Source: a virus. Taken from it: a DNA stretch of 64,000 nucleotides. Below the pieces are notes generated by a model. That model saw only the letters and a list, made by a program, of their open reading frames with translations. It made no database searches and was not told the origin of the DNA. The position numbers and the translations under genes are program-made. Positions 26,940-36,208 of the stretch are shown piece after piece. The stretch's first letter is position 1; every line of letters starts with the position of its first letter. Where the stretch lies: positions 8,564-72,563 of IMG/VR virus record IMGVR_UViG_3300023443_000190. One strand, written 5' to 3'.

Positions 26940-27463
26940 ATTCTCTTAATCTCCCCCCCAGCAGTTAAAACCCTGATTTCTATAAGTTGCCAGTTTTCTT
27001 TGAAGTGACGTTTGGGTTTGGCGGTTTGTTGTCCGCCTTTGAACTTTTTATGATAGCCGCCTTTGGGGTCGATCCCAACAGTCTCAAACTTTCGATAACC
27101 GTCCCGTAATAGCCAGCAAACAGCCGTCTCTCCAACCGACATGATTCTACCGAAGTATGGTAGAGATCGTTCTGGAGCGGTGTGTAGACAGTAAGTTCTG
27201 ACTTTATCCCTTGGAGCTGGGCTGGCTTCATGCGGAACTTTCTTTTTCCCCCTAACGTCGCAATGCAACCAAGTCGGCAACACAATCGTACCGACACCAT
27301 CCATTGTATCAATTTCTCCAAATGCTGACATATCATTAACGAACAACCAGTCGGCGTTTGGATAATAATTCACAGCCCCGTTCAGACAGGCTACCTTGCC
27401 ATCGAATTCAATCTGTCGAAAGGACGGGCCTTTTCCGACGATCAGGACTTTTTCACGATCCAT
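26936..27463 (-). CDS. Maf/DUF115 (CstII-fold-like) protein 3
   Basis: VLIVGKGPS, VACLNGA, AVCWLLRDGYRKFETVGID. Confidence 0.65.
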   Translation of the reverse strand: MDREKVLIVGKGPSFRQIEFDGKVACLNGAVNYYPNADWLFVNDMSAFGEIDTMDGVGTIVLPTWLHCDVRGKKKVPHEASPAPRDKVRTYCLHTAPERSLPYFGRIMSVGETAVCWLLRDGYRKFETVGIDPKGGYHKKFKGGQQTAKPKRHFKENWQLIEIRVLTAGGEIKRI

Positions 27464-27483
27464 CGAGAACTCCATTTCTGTGT

Positions 27484-28362
27484 TTACGCGAGTTCCAGTA
27501 GAGGTTTGATTGATTTCCACCACTGGGAGTCACGGATGTAATCGTGCCATATTTCTTGTGCCAGCTTACCCATCTGTATGGCCTTAGACACCGTGCATCC
27601 ATCGATAATGTCTAGTGCTGCGACTGTGGATTTGACATGAAAAGAAAATAATCTCCAATCGACAGTATGTGAAAAAGGCTTAATAAATCCCGGCGACACG
27701 ATAACCGGAACCCGACCTGCCGCCATAGCCTCGAAGATTCTACGGGTCGATGGGCCTGCTCCCCTTGGACACAAAGCGAAGTGAGAGTTAAGAAGATTGT
27801 CGCAAAATTCCAAGCCATATCGAGTTTTCTTTTTTTGATTTAGCCCTCTGCATGACGACCCTTTTCTCGGTATTGTGTTTGCATGATCGCCAAATCTTTT
27901 TATTACTTGTCCAATCATTTTTTTACGTTTCCATACCGACGTGTCTCCGCAAAACGACACAAGGTGTTGTGGTTTAACCGTTTCTGCCGAAAATAAATTG
28001 TAGCTCGGCGATCTTTGCGGAAACGGAACTGAATATGTATTGATTTCGTTATTTTGCTTTATAACCGATGGACGAAACATTACGCAATCAGCATAAAACC
28101 TTTCAGTTGAATCGGTGATTTCGAAGATTATATGCTTTTTTTCGTTGCCGTGCCAATAAGCCAGTTTCCTACACCCCTTCTTAATTCTCGATGGAACTTT
28201 AGCCACAGGAAAATATGTATTGCGCAGCCATCTCGGATAGAAATACCAATCACAATCTTCTGGGCCGAATTGTTGAAATATCTCTGCTTTTAGAGCTAGG
28301 ACAGGTTTTCTAAAATCTAGCCCACGAAATTTGGCCTCGTAAAAATAACACTTCATTGACAC
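27484..28362 (-). CDS. Exostosin-like (GT47) glycosyltransferase
   Basis: LVSFCG, SHFALCPRGAGPSTRRIFEAMAAGRVPVIVS. Confidence 0.85.
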   Translation of the reverse strand: MSMKCYFYEAKFRGLDFRKPVLALKAEIFQQFGPEDCDWYFYPRWLRNTYFPVAKVPSRIKKGCRKLAYWHGNEKKHIIFEITDSTERFYADCVMFRPSVIKQNNEINTYSVPFPQRSPSYNLFSAETVKPQHLVSFCGDTSVWKRKKMIGQVIKRFGDHANTIPRKGSSCRGLNQKKKTRYGLEFCDNLLNSHFALCPRGAGPSTRRIFEAMAAGRVPVIVSPGFIKPFSHTVDWRLFSFHVKSTVAALDIIDGCTVSKAIQMGKLAQEIWHDYIRDSQWWKSIKPLLELA

Positions 28363-28468
28363 TTACTTTCATTATGAATGACAGGACTCACACCACACAC
28401 CAGTCCAATTTCTTCCACTAAACATATGGCATGGAAGAATCTCGCCACTATGGTCTATGACCAGCGCC

Positions 28469-28903
28469 TCATTGCCAATTGTTGTCATTACAGATGTTCT
28501 TTAGTCGGTGTCTTCTCATGGCATACCAAACGTAATGTCCCCGATTCTCCAATGATTTTGAAATCATGTCCTGAATGTTTTTGTGCAGGTAGCCGTCAAT
28601 TACGTTAATTGTTCCTCTTGGGTGAAATCCCATCTCATGTTCCAGAAATTGCTTTGCGTACAACTTTCCATAACCCGCCTTATGCAAGTAATCGACGACA
28701 TTCCGTCGTTTTCTCATTCCGAATTCTTGGCAAGTTTTTAATATCTCTTTGTCTGGAAACCACAAATCCATTCTAATGTTGAATGAATCAATCTTGAAGA
28801 ACGGGATATTGCTGTTTAACAAAAGTTGTCTGCGCAAAGTCGTCTTACCATCATTTCCGCCCCCGCTAATCCAAAGTATTATTGTTTTCACGCAACACAC
28901 CAA
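28469..28903 (-). CDS. P-loop protein (kinase/sulfotransferase-like)
   Basis: WISGGGNDGKTT Walker-A-like motif. Confidence 0.55.
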   Translation of the reverse strand: MVCCVKTIILWISGGGNDGKTTLRRQLLLNSNIPFFKIDSFNIRMDLWFPDKEILKTCQEFGMRKRRNVVDYLHKAGYGKLYAKQFLEHEMGFHPRGTINVIDGYLHKNIQDMISKSLENRGHYVWYAMRRHRLKNICNDNNWQ

Positions 28904-29673
28904 TCTAAAGCGTGTTTCCAGTATTCATGCAAGCCGCCGTGAACCCGCCAGTCGTTCGATCCTTTTCGGCCAAGTTCCAAACCATGCTCAAGGTGTTCTT
29001 TGCAAACAGCCCCAGCCTCGCAAGCCGACTTCAATTCGTTCTCCCACAAGTAGGAAAGATGATGGTGAGGGTTGTACCAAGGCTGGTCGGTCTCAAAAGT
29101 GTAATGAAGCAGTTTAGTATCCGATTGCCAGTGATTAAAATCGTTCCAGCGTTTCGTCATGTGTTTGACTGGAAACCAATAACCGTGCATGATCCATTGA
29201 TATGCAAAGACTACTTTTTTGCCGGAATGCGGCACCCCTTTCGACTGAATGTGTTCCGATATCCATTCCTTGTTCCAAAGGGTTCTGTCGGCATCACCAC
29301 AATTTATGACCATAACCGATGTTTGTGGAACCTCTTCTCCTATAGATTCTGCCGTCTTGTCGTTGTGAAAAGCCAAACATGCAGCCTGATACATCCCTTT
29401 CCCAAAGTCCCACAATTCCTGAATGTCTCCCAAGACGAGTTGATCGGCATCCATGTAAATCGCCCTGCCTTCAAAGTTGCAGTATTGCGGAATCAAGAAT
29501 CGGCGTAGAGAAAACCCAGTCGCCTGATGCACATACTTTGAAATCAACCAAGGCTCATAATCTCCCATCGGAATGAATTCGACTTCCGCCTGGGTTCTCT
29601 TGCGTATGGAATGTTCGAGGACAAGTTCGGCGACTTTTGTTTTGGTTTCCGTCCCGCAAAAGATTCGGATCAT
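28888..29673 (-). CDS. GT8-like glycosyltransferase
   Basis: TGFSLRRFLIP, RAIYMDADQLV.GDIQELW, TSVMVINC, KLLHYT. Confidence 0.85.
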   Translation of the reverse strand: MIRIFCGTETKTKVAELVLEHSIRKRTQAEVEFIPMGDYEPWLISKYVHQATGFSLRRFLIPQYCNFEGRAIYMDADQLVLGDIQELWDFGKGMYQAACLAFHNDKTAESIGEEVPQTSVMVINCGDADRTLWNKEWISEHIQSKGVPHSGKKVVFAYQWIMHGYWFPVKHMTKRWNDFNHWQSDTKLLHYTFETDQPWYNPHHHLSYLWENELKSACEAGAVCKEHLEHGLELGRKGSNDWRVHGGLHEYWKHALDWCVA

Positions 29674-30326
29674 CTCTTTCTCCTGATAACAATCTTTGTT
29701 TGTTTGCCCTTATTGGCTTCGGTGATCGCTACAATGTCAAAGCCATCCGAAAGTATTGTCTCGATTTCCAGTCTGTTATGAATTGTGTAGGCCATGTCTG
29801 CTGAAGTTTTTTCTCCAAAATACCAAGTTGTCCATGCAAGCCCGTCGTCGTTTAGAATGCGCCATATTTCTCTAAGGTAATGTCGTGCATATTTCAATAG
29901 TCCAGTGTGAGTAAAAAAAGAGCTGCATATTACAAAATCGATGGAATTGTTAGAGACCGGAATCTTGTAGCTTAGAGTTTTTGTTTTTCCTGACGGGTTG
30001 TATCTTCTGTTGCTTATGTTTGAGTGTTCAAAATTAAATCGATCGTCGCCTCCGTGTTGCTTTCGATTGAATCCGATACAATACTTCTTCGCGTCTATTC
30101 CCAGATAGTTCCCATTCCATTCAGACCATTGTTCCAATCCAATCGCGTCTGCACCGATGCCACAACCTAAGTCGATAATCTTTGATTCATTTTTTATGTA
30201 GCCCCTTTCAATGTATTTATTGATTCTGGTAACTCCACGATCGTAAATTGATTTGTAACCGGCAACAGGCAGGGAGAGTGCAGGAGCTTTTGCCAGACGC
30301 TCTTTCCATTCTTTCTTAGTTCGCAT
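29670..30326 (-). CDS. Class I SAM-dependent methyltransferase (paralog A)
   Basis: IIDLGCGIG, YLGID, DFVICSSFFTH. Confidence 0.87.
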   Translation of the reverse strand: MRTKKEWKERLAKAPALSLPVAGYKSIYDRGVTRINKYIERGYIKNESKIIDLGCGIGADAIGLEQWSEWNGNYLGIDAKKYCIGFNRKQHGGDDRFNFEHSNISNRRYNPSGKTKTLSYKIPVSNNSIDFVICSSFFTHTGLLKYARHYLREIWRILNDDGLAWTTWYFGEKTSADMAYTIHNRLEIETILSDGFDIVAITEANKGKQTKIVIRRKR

Positions 30327-30999
30327 CTTCGGGCTTTCTCAATATGAGTTTCCATTGGCCTTTCATCATCTCTTTCTTTTCGGTACAACCACCCAAATCT
30401 TCAACCTCAAAATACCTGAGAAAGCTGAGAATGTCTCTTTCTCTCATCACAGTTCGTTTGTGCGAGTATTGAATCTGGTAAGGCGGGGATCGATACCATG
30501 TCGTGTAGGCGTATGCACCAGGTTTCATTACGCGCCACATCTCATCCAGATATTGTCGAGTTTCGGCAGGCGTACCAATGTGAGTAAAAAGCGAGTTGCA
30601 AGTCACCAAGTTAAAACGATTCTTCCCAAACGGAAACTTGTACTTCGACGCACTTAATTCTCCTTTCGGCCAGTAACGATCGCTTTTCACATCGGCGTGG
30701 ATGAATTGGAATCGCTCATCTTTTCCAAAGCAGGCTTGCCCCCAGTCAATGCTGCATCTTTGAACGTCAATCCCGACATACTTTTTGAACTTTCCGTCCT
30801 GCTCCAGTCCAATAGCCGTAGGGGCAGCACCGCATCCGATGTCGAGAACATTGTCCTTGTCACCGAGAATGCCATAACTTCGATATCGAACGATTCTCTC
30901 GATGCCGCGCTTGTATATTTCGTGGGAATCCCTTGTGCGAGGCATTAGAACTCGCGGAAGTTTATCAAGCCGTGAAAGCCATTCCCCTTTTTGTCTCAT
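30316..30999 (-). CDS. Class I SAM-dependent methyltransferase (paralog B)
   Basis: VLDIGCGAA, YVGIDV, NLVTCNSLFTH. Confidence 0.87.
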   Translation of the reverse strand: MRQKGEWLSRLDKLPRVLMPRTRDSHEIYKRGIERIVRYRSYGILGDKDNVLDIGCGAAPTAIGLEQDGKFKKYVGIDVQRCSIDWGQACFGKDERFQFIHADVKSDRYWPKGELSASKYKFPFGKNRFNLVTCNSLFTHIGTPAETRQYLDEMWRVMKPGAYAYTTWYRSPPYQIQYSHKRTVMRERDILSFLRYFEVEDLGGCTEKKEMMKGQWKLILRKPEDAN

Positions 31000-31022
31000 A
31001 GCCGTCTTGCTATATTAGAGTA

Positions 31023-31865
31023 ATGAAAATTGCTTTTACTGGAAGAACAAGCCTCGGAGGGGTAAGGATGCGAGGAGTTGCGTTGGCTCAATACATGGGT
31101 TATGACTTCATCGATTTGAGAGACTGGAAACACACCAATAAGATTTATGACGCGATTATTTTAATCAAATTCTCCCAAAACTTCAACAGTGATCTGATTG
31201 GCAAAAGCAAGGTTCTGATCTGGGATGCACTCGATTGTTTTGCAAAACACAAAAGAAACTACAAGCCTCATGCTTATTGGAGAAAGAGGTGCCATTCGAT
31301 TAAATGCAATGCCATAATTTCTACATCGCCTGCATGTCACAAATACATGAAAGAAACACTGAAAAGATCGGGCGTTCGAGTATTCCAGATTCCCCATCAT
31401 GCAGACCCTTCAATCGACTTTTCTTGGGGCAATCCCAATGGTCCTGTCGTCTATGTTGGTAATCCAGCCTATGTGAGTAAAAAAACCTTTGGTGTCGTTA
31501 AAAATGTGTGCAAGAAACTTGGGATCAAAGTCATATTCGACCATAGTTTCTTTTCCCAAAGGACGCTGAAGGGTGCCAGTCTAATGCTTCACCCAAGGCC
31601 ACACAAAGTTAATCATACCTTGAACATTCACTGTAAACCCCAGGTCAAAATTGCCAATGCTGCTGCTGCCAATTTGCCGGTCATAGGAACTCGCGATCCC
31701 TGTGTGACAAGTTTGTATGATGGCGTTGTAGGATGGAATGAGTATGACTCGTGGGAAACTCGTATTACGAACGCGTTAAACAGGCCGACTCTCAACAATC
31801 CCGAAACCTTGGAGTCATCGGCAGCTAAAATGTCATCAATGTTAGAAACTCTTCTTGGATCGTAA
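31023..31865 (+). CDS. GT-B-like glycosyltransferase (inverted block)
   Basis: GGVRMRG, KPQVKIANAAAANLPVI. Confidence 0.62.
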   Translation: MKIAFTGRTSLGGVRMRGVALAQYMGYDFIDLRDWKHTNKIYDAIILIKFSQNFNSDLIGKSKVLIWDALDCFAKHKRNYKPHAYWRKRCHSIKCNAIISTSPACHKYMKETLKRSGVRVFQIPHHADPSIDFSWGNPNGPVVYVGNPAYVSKKTFGVVKNVCKKLGIKVIFDHSFFSQRTLKGASLMLHPRPHKVNHTLNIHCKPQVKIANAAAANLPVIGTRDPCVTSLYDGVVGWNEYDSWETRITNALNRPTLNNPETLESSAAKMSSMLETLLGS

Positions 31866-31866
31866 T

Positions 31867-32418
31867 ATGTCTCACAAAGAACAGTTGGAATTCTGTGACC
31901 GAGTCAAGTCCACGTTTCCAGATTATTTCAACAAGTCTCGCGTTTTGGAGATAGGATCGAGAAATCTAAACGGTTCGATAAGAGGGCTGTTTACAGAATG
32001 TGACTATGTCGGCATCGATTGCATGAAAGGCAAAGACGTCGATGTTGTTTGCCTGGCTCATAAATATGAGGATGACCAAGAATCATTCGATGTTGTCTGT
32101 TGTGCCGAATCGCTGGAACACGATCCTTATGCTCCACAAACAATTCTCTCCATGCTGTCATTTCTCAAGTCAGGAGGGTTGTTCTTCTGTACTTGCGCTT
32201 CGACTGGGCGAAAGGAACATGGAACTGTCAGACAAAAAAAGTCGTGGAAACTTTGCGGGCCAGACCACAAGTATTACAAGAATGTCAAGCTAAGCACTTT
32301 GGTTCAATGGATGCTTTACTGCGGGTTTGATTTCGATTCGTTGCATTACGAATACAACGAATCATCAAGCGATCTTTATTGCTATGCAATCAAAGCGATA
32401 TCACCACATTCCTTTTGA
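31867..32418 (+). CDS. Class I SAM-dependent methyltransferase (inverted block)
   Basis: VLEIGSRNLNGS, YVGID..GKDVD, FDVVCCAESLEHDP, LKSGGL. Confidence 0.87.
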   Translation: MSHKEQLEFCDRVKSTFPDYFNKSRVLEIGSRNLNGSIRGLFTECDYVGIDCMKGKDVDVVCLAHKYEDDQESFDVVCCAESLEHDPYAPQTILSMLSFLKSGGLFFCTCASTGRKEHGTVRQKKSWKLCGPDHKYYKNVKLSTLVQWMLYCGFDFDSLHYEYNESSSDLYCYAIKAISPHSF

Positions 32419-33055
32419 AGAGACCGACTAAATCGCCACCGATCTCCTGTAGGATTCGACCAGTCGTTTTGAATGCTCTTGTCGTTGAACCTACGCTGTG
32501 TTCTTCTAATATGATGACTGGTCGGTGTTTACGCAGGACTTCCATCGCTCCGTCAACTACTTCCCATTCCATACCTTGGACATCAATCTTTATGAGAGAC
32601 AGTCCAGATTTATCGAAAAAATCCTCAATGCTATCGAGCGAGATCATGTCTGCCGTTATCGCCGTCTTTTCAAAGTCCATTAAATGCCGACGATGACCGC
32701 TACTCTTTTGGCCATTCGGATCGCACATGTGAAGCTGCCCTTCATGATCGCCCACAGCTTTTTGTGTTGCATTGACCTCAAAAGGTGTGTTAGCCATTAA
32801 GCATTCATAGGTATCGTAAAATGGCTCAAAAGCCAACACCTTCGGAAAATACTGAGCAATCCGACGCGAGAACAAGCCAATGTTTGCACCAACATCGATA
32901 GCACAACCGGAACTTGTTCCAGTCGTCCGATTCGAGATCGCATTCATCGCACATTGGATTTCCAGTTCCATGTAACACTTGTGTCTTCCAGCCTTAATCA
33001 ACGGAGTCCATTCCGTGTCTTCGTCTGGAACGTATAATTTGCCTACTTTTCTCAT
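32390..33055 (-). CDS. FkbM-family methyltransferase
   Basis: AIDVGANIG, VLAFEP, LIKIDVQGMEWEVVDGA, RPVIILE. Confidence 0.9.
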   Translation of the reverse strand: MRKVGKLYVPDEDTEWTPLIKAGRHKCYMELEIQCAMNAISNRTTGTSSGCAIDVGANIGLFSRRIAQYFPKVLAFEPFYDTYECLMANTPFEVNATQKAVGDHEGQLHMCDPNGQKSSGHRRHLMDFEKTAITADMISLDSIEDFFDKSGLSLIKIDVQGMEWEVVDGAMEVLRKHRPVIILEEHSVGSTTRAFKTTGRILQEIGGDLVGLFKRNVVISL

Positions 33056-33798
33056 GTCTTGAATAAAGGCTTTCTTTGTTCGGCGACGACATTGATGTAA
33101 CGTCTGGGATATTCGCTTTTACCGCGAACAGAAACACCGTGAATCGAATGCTTTGAATTCATAAATCCCACCAATACGTTCTGTTTGTATTTCACAGTCT
33201 TAACCAATTCCACGTCATCTTCTCTGATCTGGTTTTGTGGACTGTGTTTGAACTTTCCGCCCTTGTGTTGGTACAAACCGAAGTCGCCGCCAGTGCTATT
33301 GTCGGCTGGGTCTCTGAAATACCAGCACAAGGCATAAAGTTTTCTCACGCTATCGAAGTGAGGGCCTCGAACAGTAGTTCCGCCGCTAGTCGGAGTGTTG
33401 ATTACAAACTGACAATCTGTCGTTAATTCCTGATCGATAGATTTGTCACGAATTGCAGGGTACGAATCAATTCTGCGAGCATATTCATTCGAGCCGTGAC
33501 ATTCTGCAAAAGGCTTAGCAAATATCTGGAGCATTGCATGGAAAAACAGTCCAGTTGATATTTCCATAAACAGACTTTTCCAGACAGCATTCACAGATTT
33601 CGATTCTAAGGCATCCAGGCACGACAATCTCACCGCAATGTTTTCCCCAGCCTCGCTCGAATTTATGTGTGGAAATCTTGAAAACAGGTATTGGTAGAGA
33701 TCAAAGTCATTCAATGGGTCTTCAATCACAAAATGAGGATTCTCCCCGTCGATGTATTCCACTTTTGGGGTTTTCTGTAGCAAGTTGTAATTAAGCAT
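33052..33798 (-). CDS. 2OG-Fe(II) oxygenase
   Basis: GPHFD (HxD), SIHGV, RRYINV. Confidence 0.82.
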   Translation of the reverse strand: MLNYNLLQKTPKVEYIDGENPHFVIEDPLNDFDLYQYLFSRFPHINSSEAGENIAVRLSCLDALESKSVNAVWKSLFMEISTGLFFHAMLQIFAKPFAECHGSNEYARRIDSYPAIRDKSIDQELTTDCQFVINTPTSGGTTVRGPHFDSVRKLYALCWYFRDPADNSTGGDFGLYQHKGGKFKHSPQNQIREDDVELVKTVKYKQNVLVGFMNSKHSIHGVSVRGKSEYPRRYINVVAEQRKPLFKT

Positions 33799-34546
33799 GA
33801 TCGACCTTCAGCAACTTCTCGGATACGTCTTTGAGGTATTTACCCTGAGTCGGTTGGATGAATTTTGAATCTTGTTTTTTCTTCATGGCGCAGACAATTA
33901 TTACATTGGGATACTTCGCACCAGTCCTGCGAGTCTCATCCATCGAGACAGATTGAATGGCTTCCGTAATTTCATTTGACTTTGTTTTTGGAATTATCTC
34001 TTTCATATTATTTGGTGGTACTGACAAGATTGACCTTTCAAATCCCCAGCGGTTTGCCAGAGAAAACATTACTATCTCGTAATTATTTGCACGGGCAAGA
34101 TCAACAAACAATATGGGGTGAAAGCTGTAGAAAGAATGGTTGATCCAATTGATGAACGGCAGGATGTGAAGCATGATTCCGCCGACTTTGCAATATCCAT
34201 GGGCATTATAAAATATCGCGTCTTGGTTAAAACAATGCTCGCCAGTTCCATTATTTGTTACCAAGTCATGTTGTGAGATCATCATCGCCCTTTGATTCAA
34301 ATCACTTAATTCAGCGCCGTGTTTTCCATTCACATCAAGACATTTATAGTCGGAATATCCCATCCCATCGTAAAATACTTTCGACGACTGACCGTTGATT
34401 TTTGACGGCTTTGCAATCCCGACGGGAACCCTGAAATCATCAGGCAAATTGATTGTCTGGTTGCCGAATTCCAAAACGGACGGACTCCCCTGAAAACTCG
34501 GTGTCAAAGCAGCAACAGTTCTCGCCATAATCGGATTAAAAGTCAT
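33791..34546 (-). CDS. SAM-methyltransferase-fold protein
   Basis: VLEFGNQ, YKCLDVNG, DLVTNNGTGEHCFNQ, CKVGGIMLHILP. Confidence 0.75.
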   Translation of the reverse strand: MTFNPIMARTVAALTPSFQGSPSVLEFGNQTINLPDDFRVPVGIAKPSKINGQSSKVFYDGMGYSDYKCLDVNGKHGAELSDLNQRAMMISQHDLVTNNGTGEHCFNQDAIFYNAHGYCKVGGIMLHILPFINWINHSFYSFHPILFVDLARANNYEIVMFSLANRWGFERSILSVPPNNMKEIIPKTKSNEITEAIQSVSMDETRRTGAKYPNVIIVCAMKKKQDSKFIQPTQGKYLKDVSEKLLKVDHA

Positions 34547-35160
34547 CGAGTATTCCGTTCGTAAATTGTGGAATGATACTCACTGAAACCAGGTGGCTTC
34601 TCTTTTGTGTAATAGTAAGCGGCAATGCTTTTTCGATCTTTCTTGACTGGTTCGGGCACGCCATGCCAAGCATTTTCATTGTAAGGAAAAGCGACCAGTC
34701 GGTTAAATAAAGGTGCGATAGATGCCGTGTGTGGTTTTCGCCCAAGTATCAATTCGCCTTTATCATCCTCTTTCCATTTATCATTGAGAAAGAGAAGTGC
34801 ATTCACGCGACGATAAAGACCTTCCTTATTTTGATTGAAATCGACGTGCATATCTAGTTTTGTGCCAACAGGCATCCAATGAAGGCCACCGTCAAAGTTG
34901 GTTTCGTCGCAAACTAAACCAAGAATCCCAAACTCTCTCTCCAGAGTTTCAATCATGGCTTTTGATTTCAGAATCTCCGCTATCCTGATGGTGCTATCAG
35001 GGAACCCACTGCACATAGAAAGTTTTCCACAAGAACTTGCATACCACAAAGAATCGTCTTTATCAGGCCATTCAGAAACAACGTTGTGGAGTCTCGACAC
35101 TGTTAAACGATCATCCCAGACCGTATGGCGAAATGGCCAGCTAGAAGGAAAGTGGATCAA
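34543..35160 (-). CDS. 2OG-Fe(II) oxygenase (prolyl-hydroxylase-like)
   Basis: GGLH..PVGTKLDMHVDFN, RRVNALLFLN, WHG, RKSIAAYYY. Confidence 0.88.
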   Translation of the reverse strand: MIHFPSSWPFRHTVWDDRLTVSRLHNVVSEWPDKDDSLWYASSCGKLSMCSGFPDSTIRIAEILKSKAMIETLEREFGILGLVCDETNFDGGLHWMPVGTKLDMHVDFNQNKEGLYRRVNALLFLNDKWKEDDKGELILGRKPHTASIAPLFNRLVAFPYNENAWHGVPEPVKKDRKSIAAYYYTKEKPPGFSEYHSTIYERNTR

Positions 35161-35942
35161 TTAAACATCTCCCTGACTCTTCCGTGTTCGCCTTTGTTAT
35201 GCGTAATGTAATGTTTGAGAAGCGAATACTGGACAACATGCCCGTCGTTCTTTGATACTCGACCAACGATGTCTCGACAGTCAAATGTACGGGTCGCTTG
35301 ATAATAGACAAAAGAATCATCCCATCGATTCCAAGCTTTGAATTGACCGGAATCATAATATCCTCTCATCTTTTCAAAGACCCGCTTGCCTTTTCGCTGC
35401 ATGTTGTATCCAACAATCCCACATTCAGGAACTAAACGCGGCCCCTTGAGGAAGAAGCCGTCATGTCGTTCATACAAAGACCGAATGTTTTTTGTCTCAA
35501 CCTGACCCTTGAATATACAGTCGCAATCGATCCAGATCATGTCTTTTGACTTTGGGAATTGGACAATCGCGGCATTCAGCGTCACAACCTTACGGAACCA
35601 ACGGCAACAGTTGCGATTGAACCAACTCCAATGGCAGCCTTTGACGTGATTGTTGCTCGGAGGTCTTCCTGCGTCTTTGCAATCGCAAGGCTTGGTTTCT
35701 CCACCCCATTCTTCTGGAATCACATCTTTGTTGGATTGAAGCCAGTCGTGCAAATAAAGGTCTTCATCCAAGTCGTAGAGGAAGATATTGTCGTTTCGCG
35801 GCAAGAGTACAATATCAGAACCCTTGAATCCTTCATGCCCGACAAACATGATTCCATCGGTATTAGTCCTGACGAACGACTCAAGCAATTTCTCGCCTGA
35901 GACTTCGTAGAGTTCTTTGGTGAATGACGTTACCCAGATCAT
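35157..35942 (-). CDS. GT-A-like glycosyltransferase (DxD)
   Basis: VTSF, WFRKV, MIWIDCDCIF, ECGIVGYN, WDDSFV. Confidence 0.7.
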   Translation of the reverse strand: MIWVTSFTKELYEVSGEKLLESFVRTNTDGIMFVGHEGFKGSDIVLLPRNDNIFLYDLDEDLYLHDWLQSNKDVIPEEWGGETKPCDCKDAGRPPSNNHVKGCHWSWFNRNCCRWFRKVVTLNAAIVQFPKSKDMIWIDCDCIFKGQVETKNIRSLYERHDGFFLKGPRLVPECGIVGYNMQRKGKRVFEKMRGYYDSGQFKAWNRWDDSFVYYQATRTFDCRDIVGRVSKNDGHVVQYSLLKHYITHNKGEHGRVREMFN

Positions 35943-36208
35943 TGTTCATACATCTTTCTTGTGACTTCTATCGCCCATTCTTGTGATTCTTTTATGTCAA
36001 CCAGTTCGTCAAGAAGAATGGAAATCCCTTTGGCAATGGCGATGGACAAATTGAGTGTAGTATCATCTTTTCTATCTTCCCAATGACTCCCATCGACGTT
36101 TCCACACTTTAATTCACCTGAGAGCTTTCTTATGTCGGACACGCTATTCACTGTAATCCCTTTCTCGAACATATCCCGAAGTGTCTTCCGGCTCAGGAAA
36201 TCCATCAA
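35939..36208 (-). CDS. Hypothetical protein
   Basis: ATGA coupling at its 3' end; start uncertain. Confidence 0.5.
   Translation of the reverse strand: MMDFLSRKTLRDMFEKGITVNSVSDIRKLSGELKCGNVDGSHWEDRKDDTTLNLSIAIAKGISILLDELVDIKESQEWAIEVTRKMYEQ

Noticed and set aside
28374-28490. 38-aa ORF with a SPASM-like LVIDHSGEILPC motif
   Set aside because: Too short, no radical SAM partner, weak RBS; at most a remnant.
33052-35160. TET/JBP DNA dioxygenases
   Set aside because: Motif spacing resembles prolyl-hydroxylase-like 2OG-Fe(II) enzymes, and no partner cytosine methyltransferase is seen.
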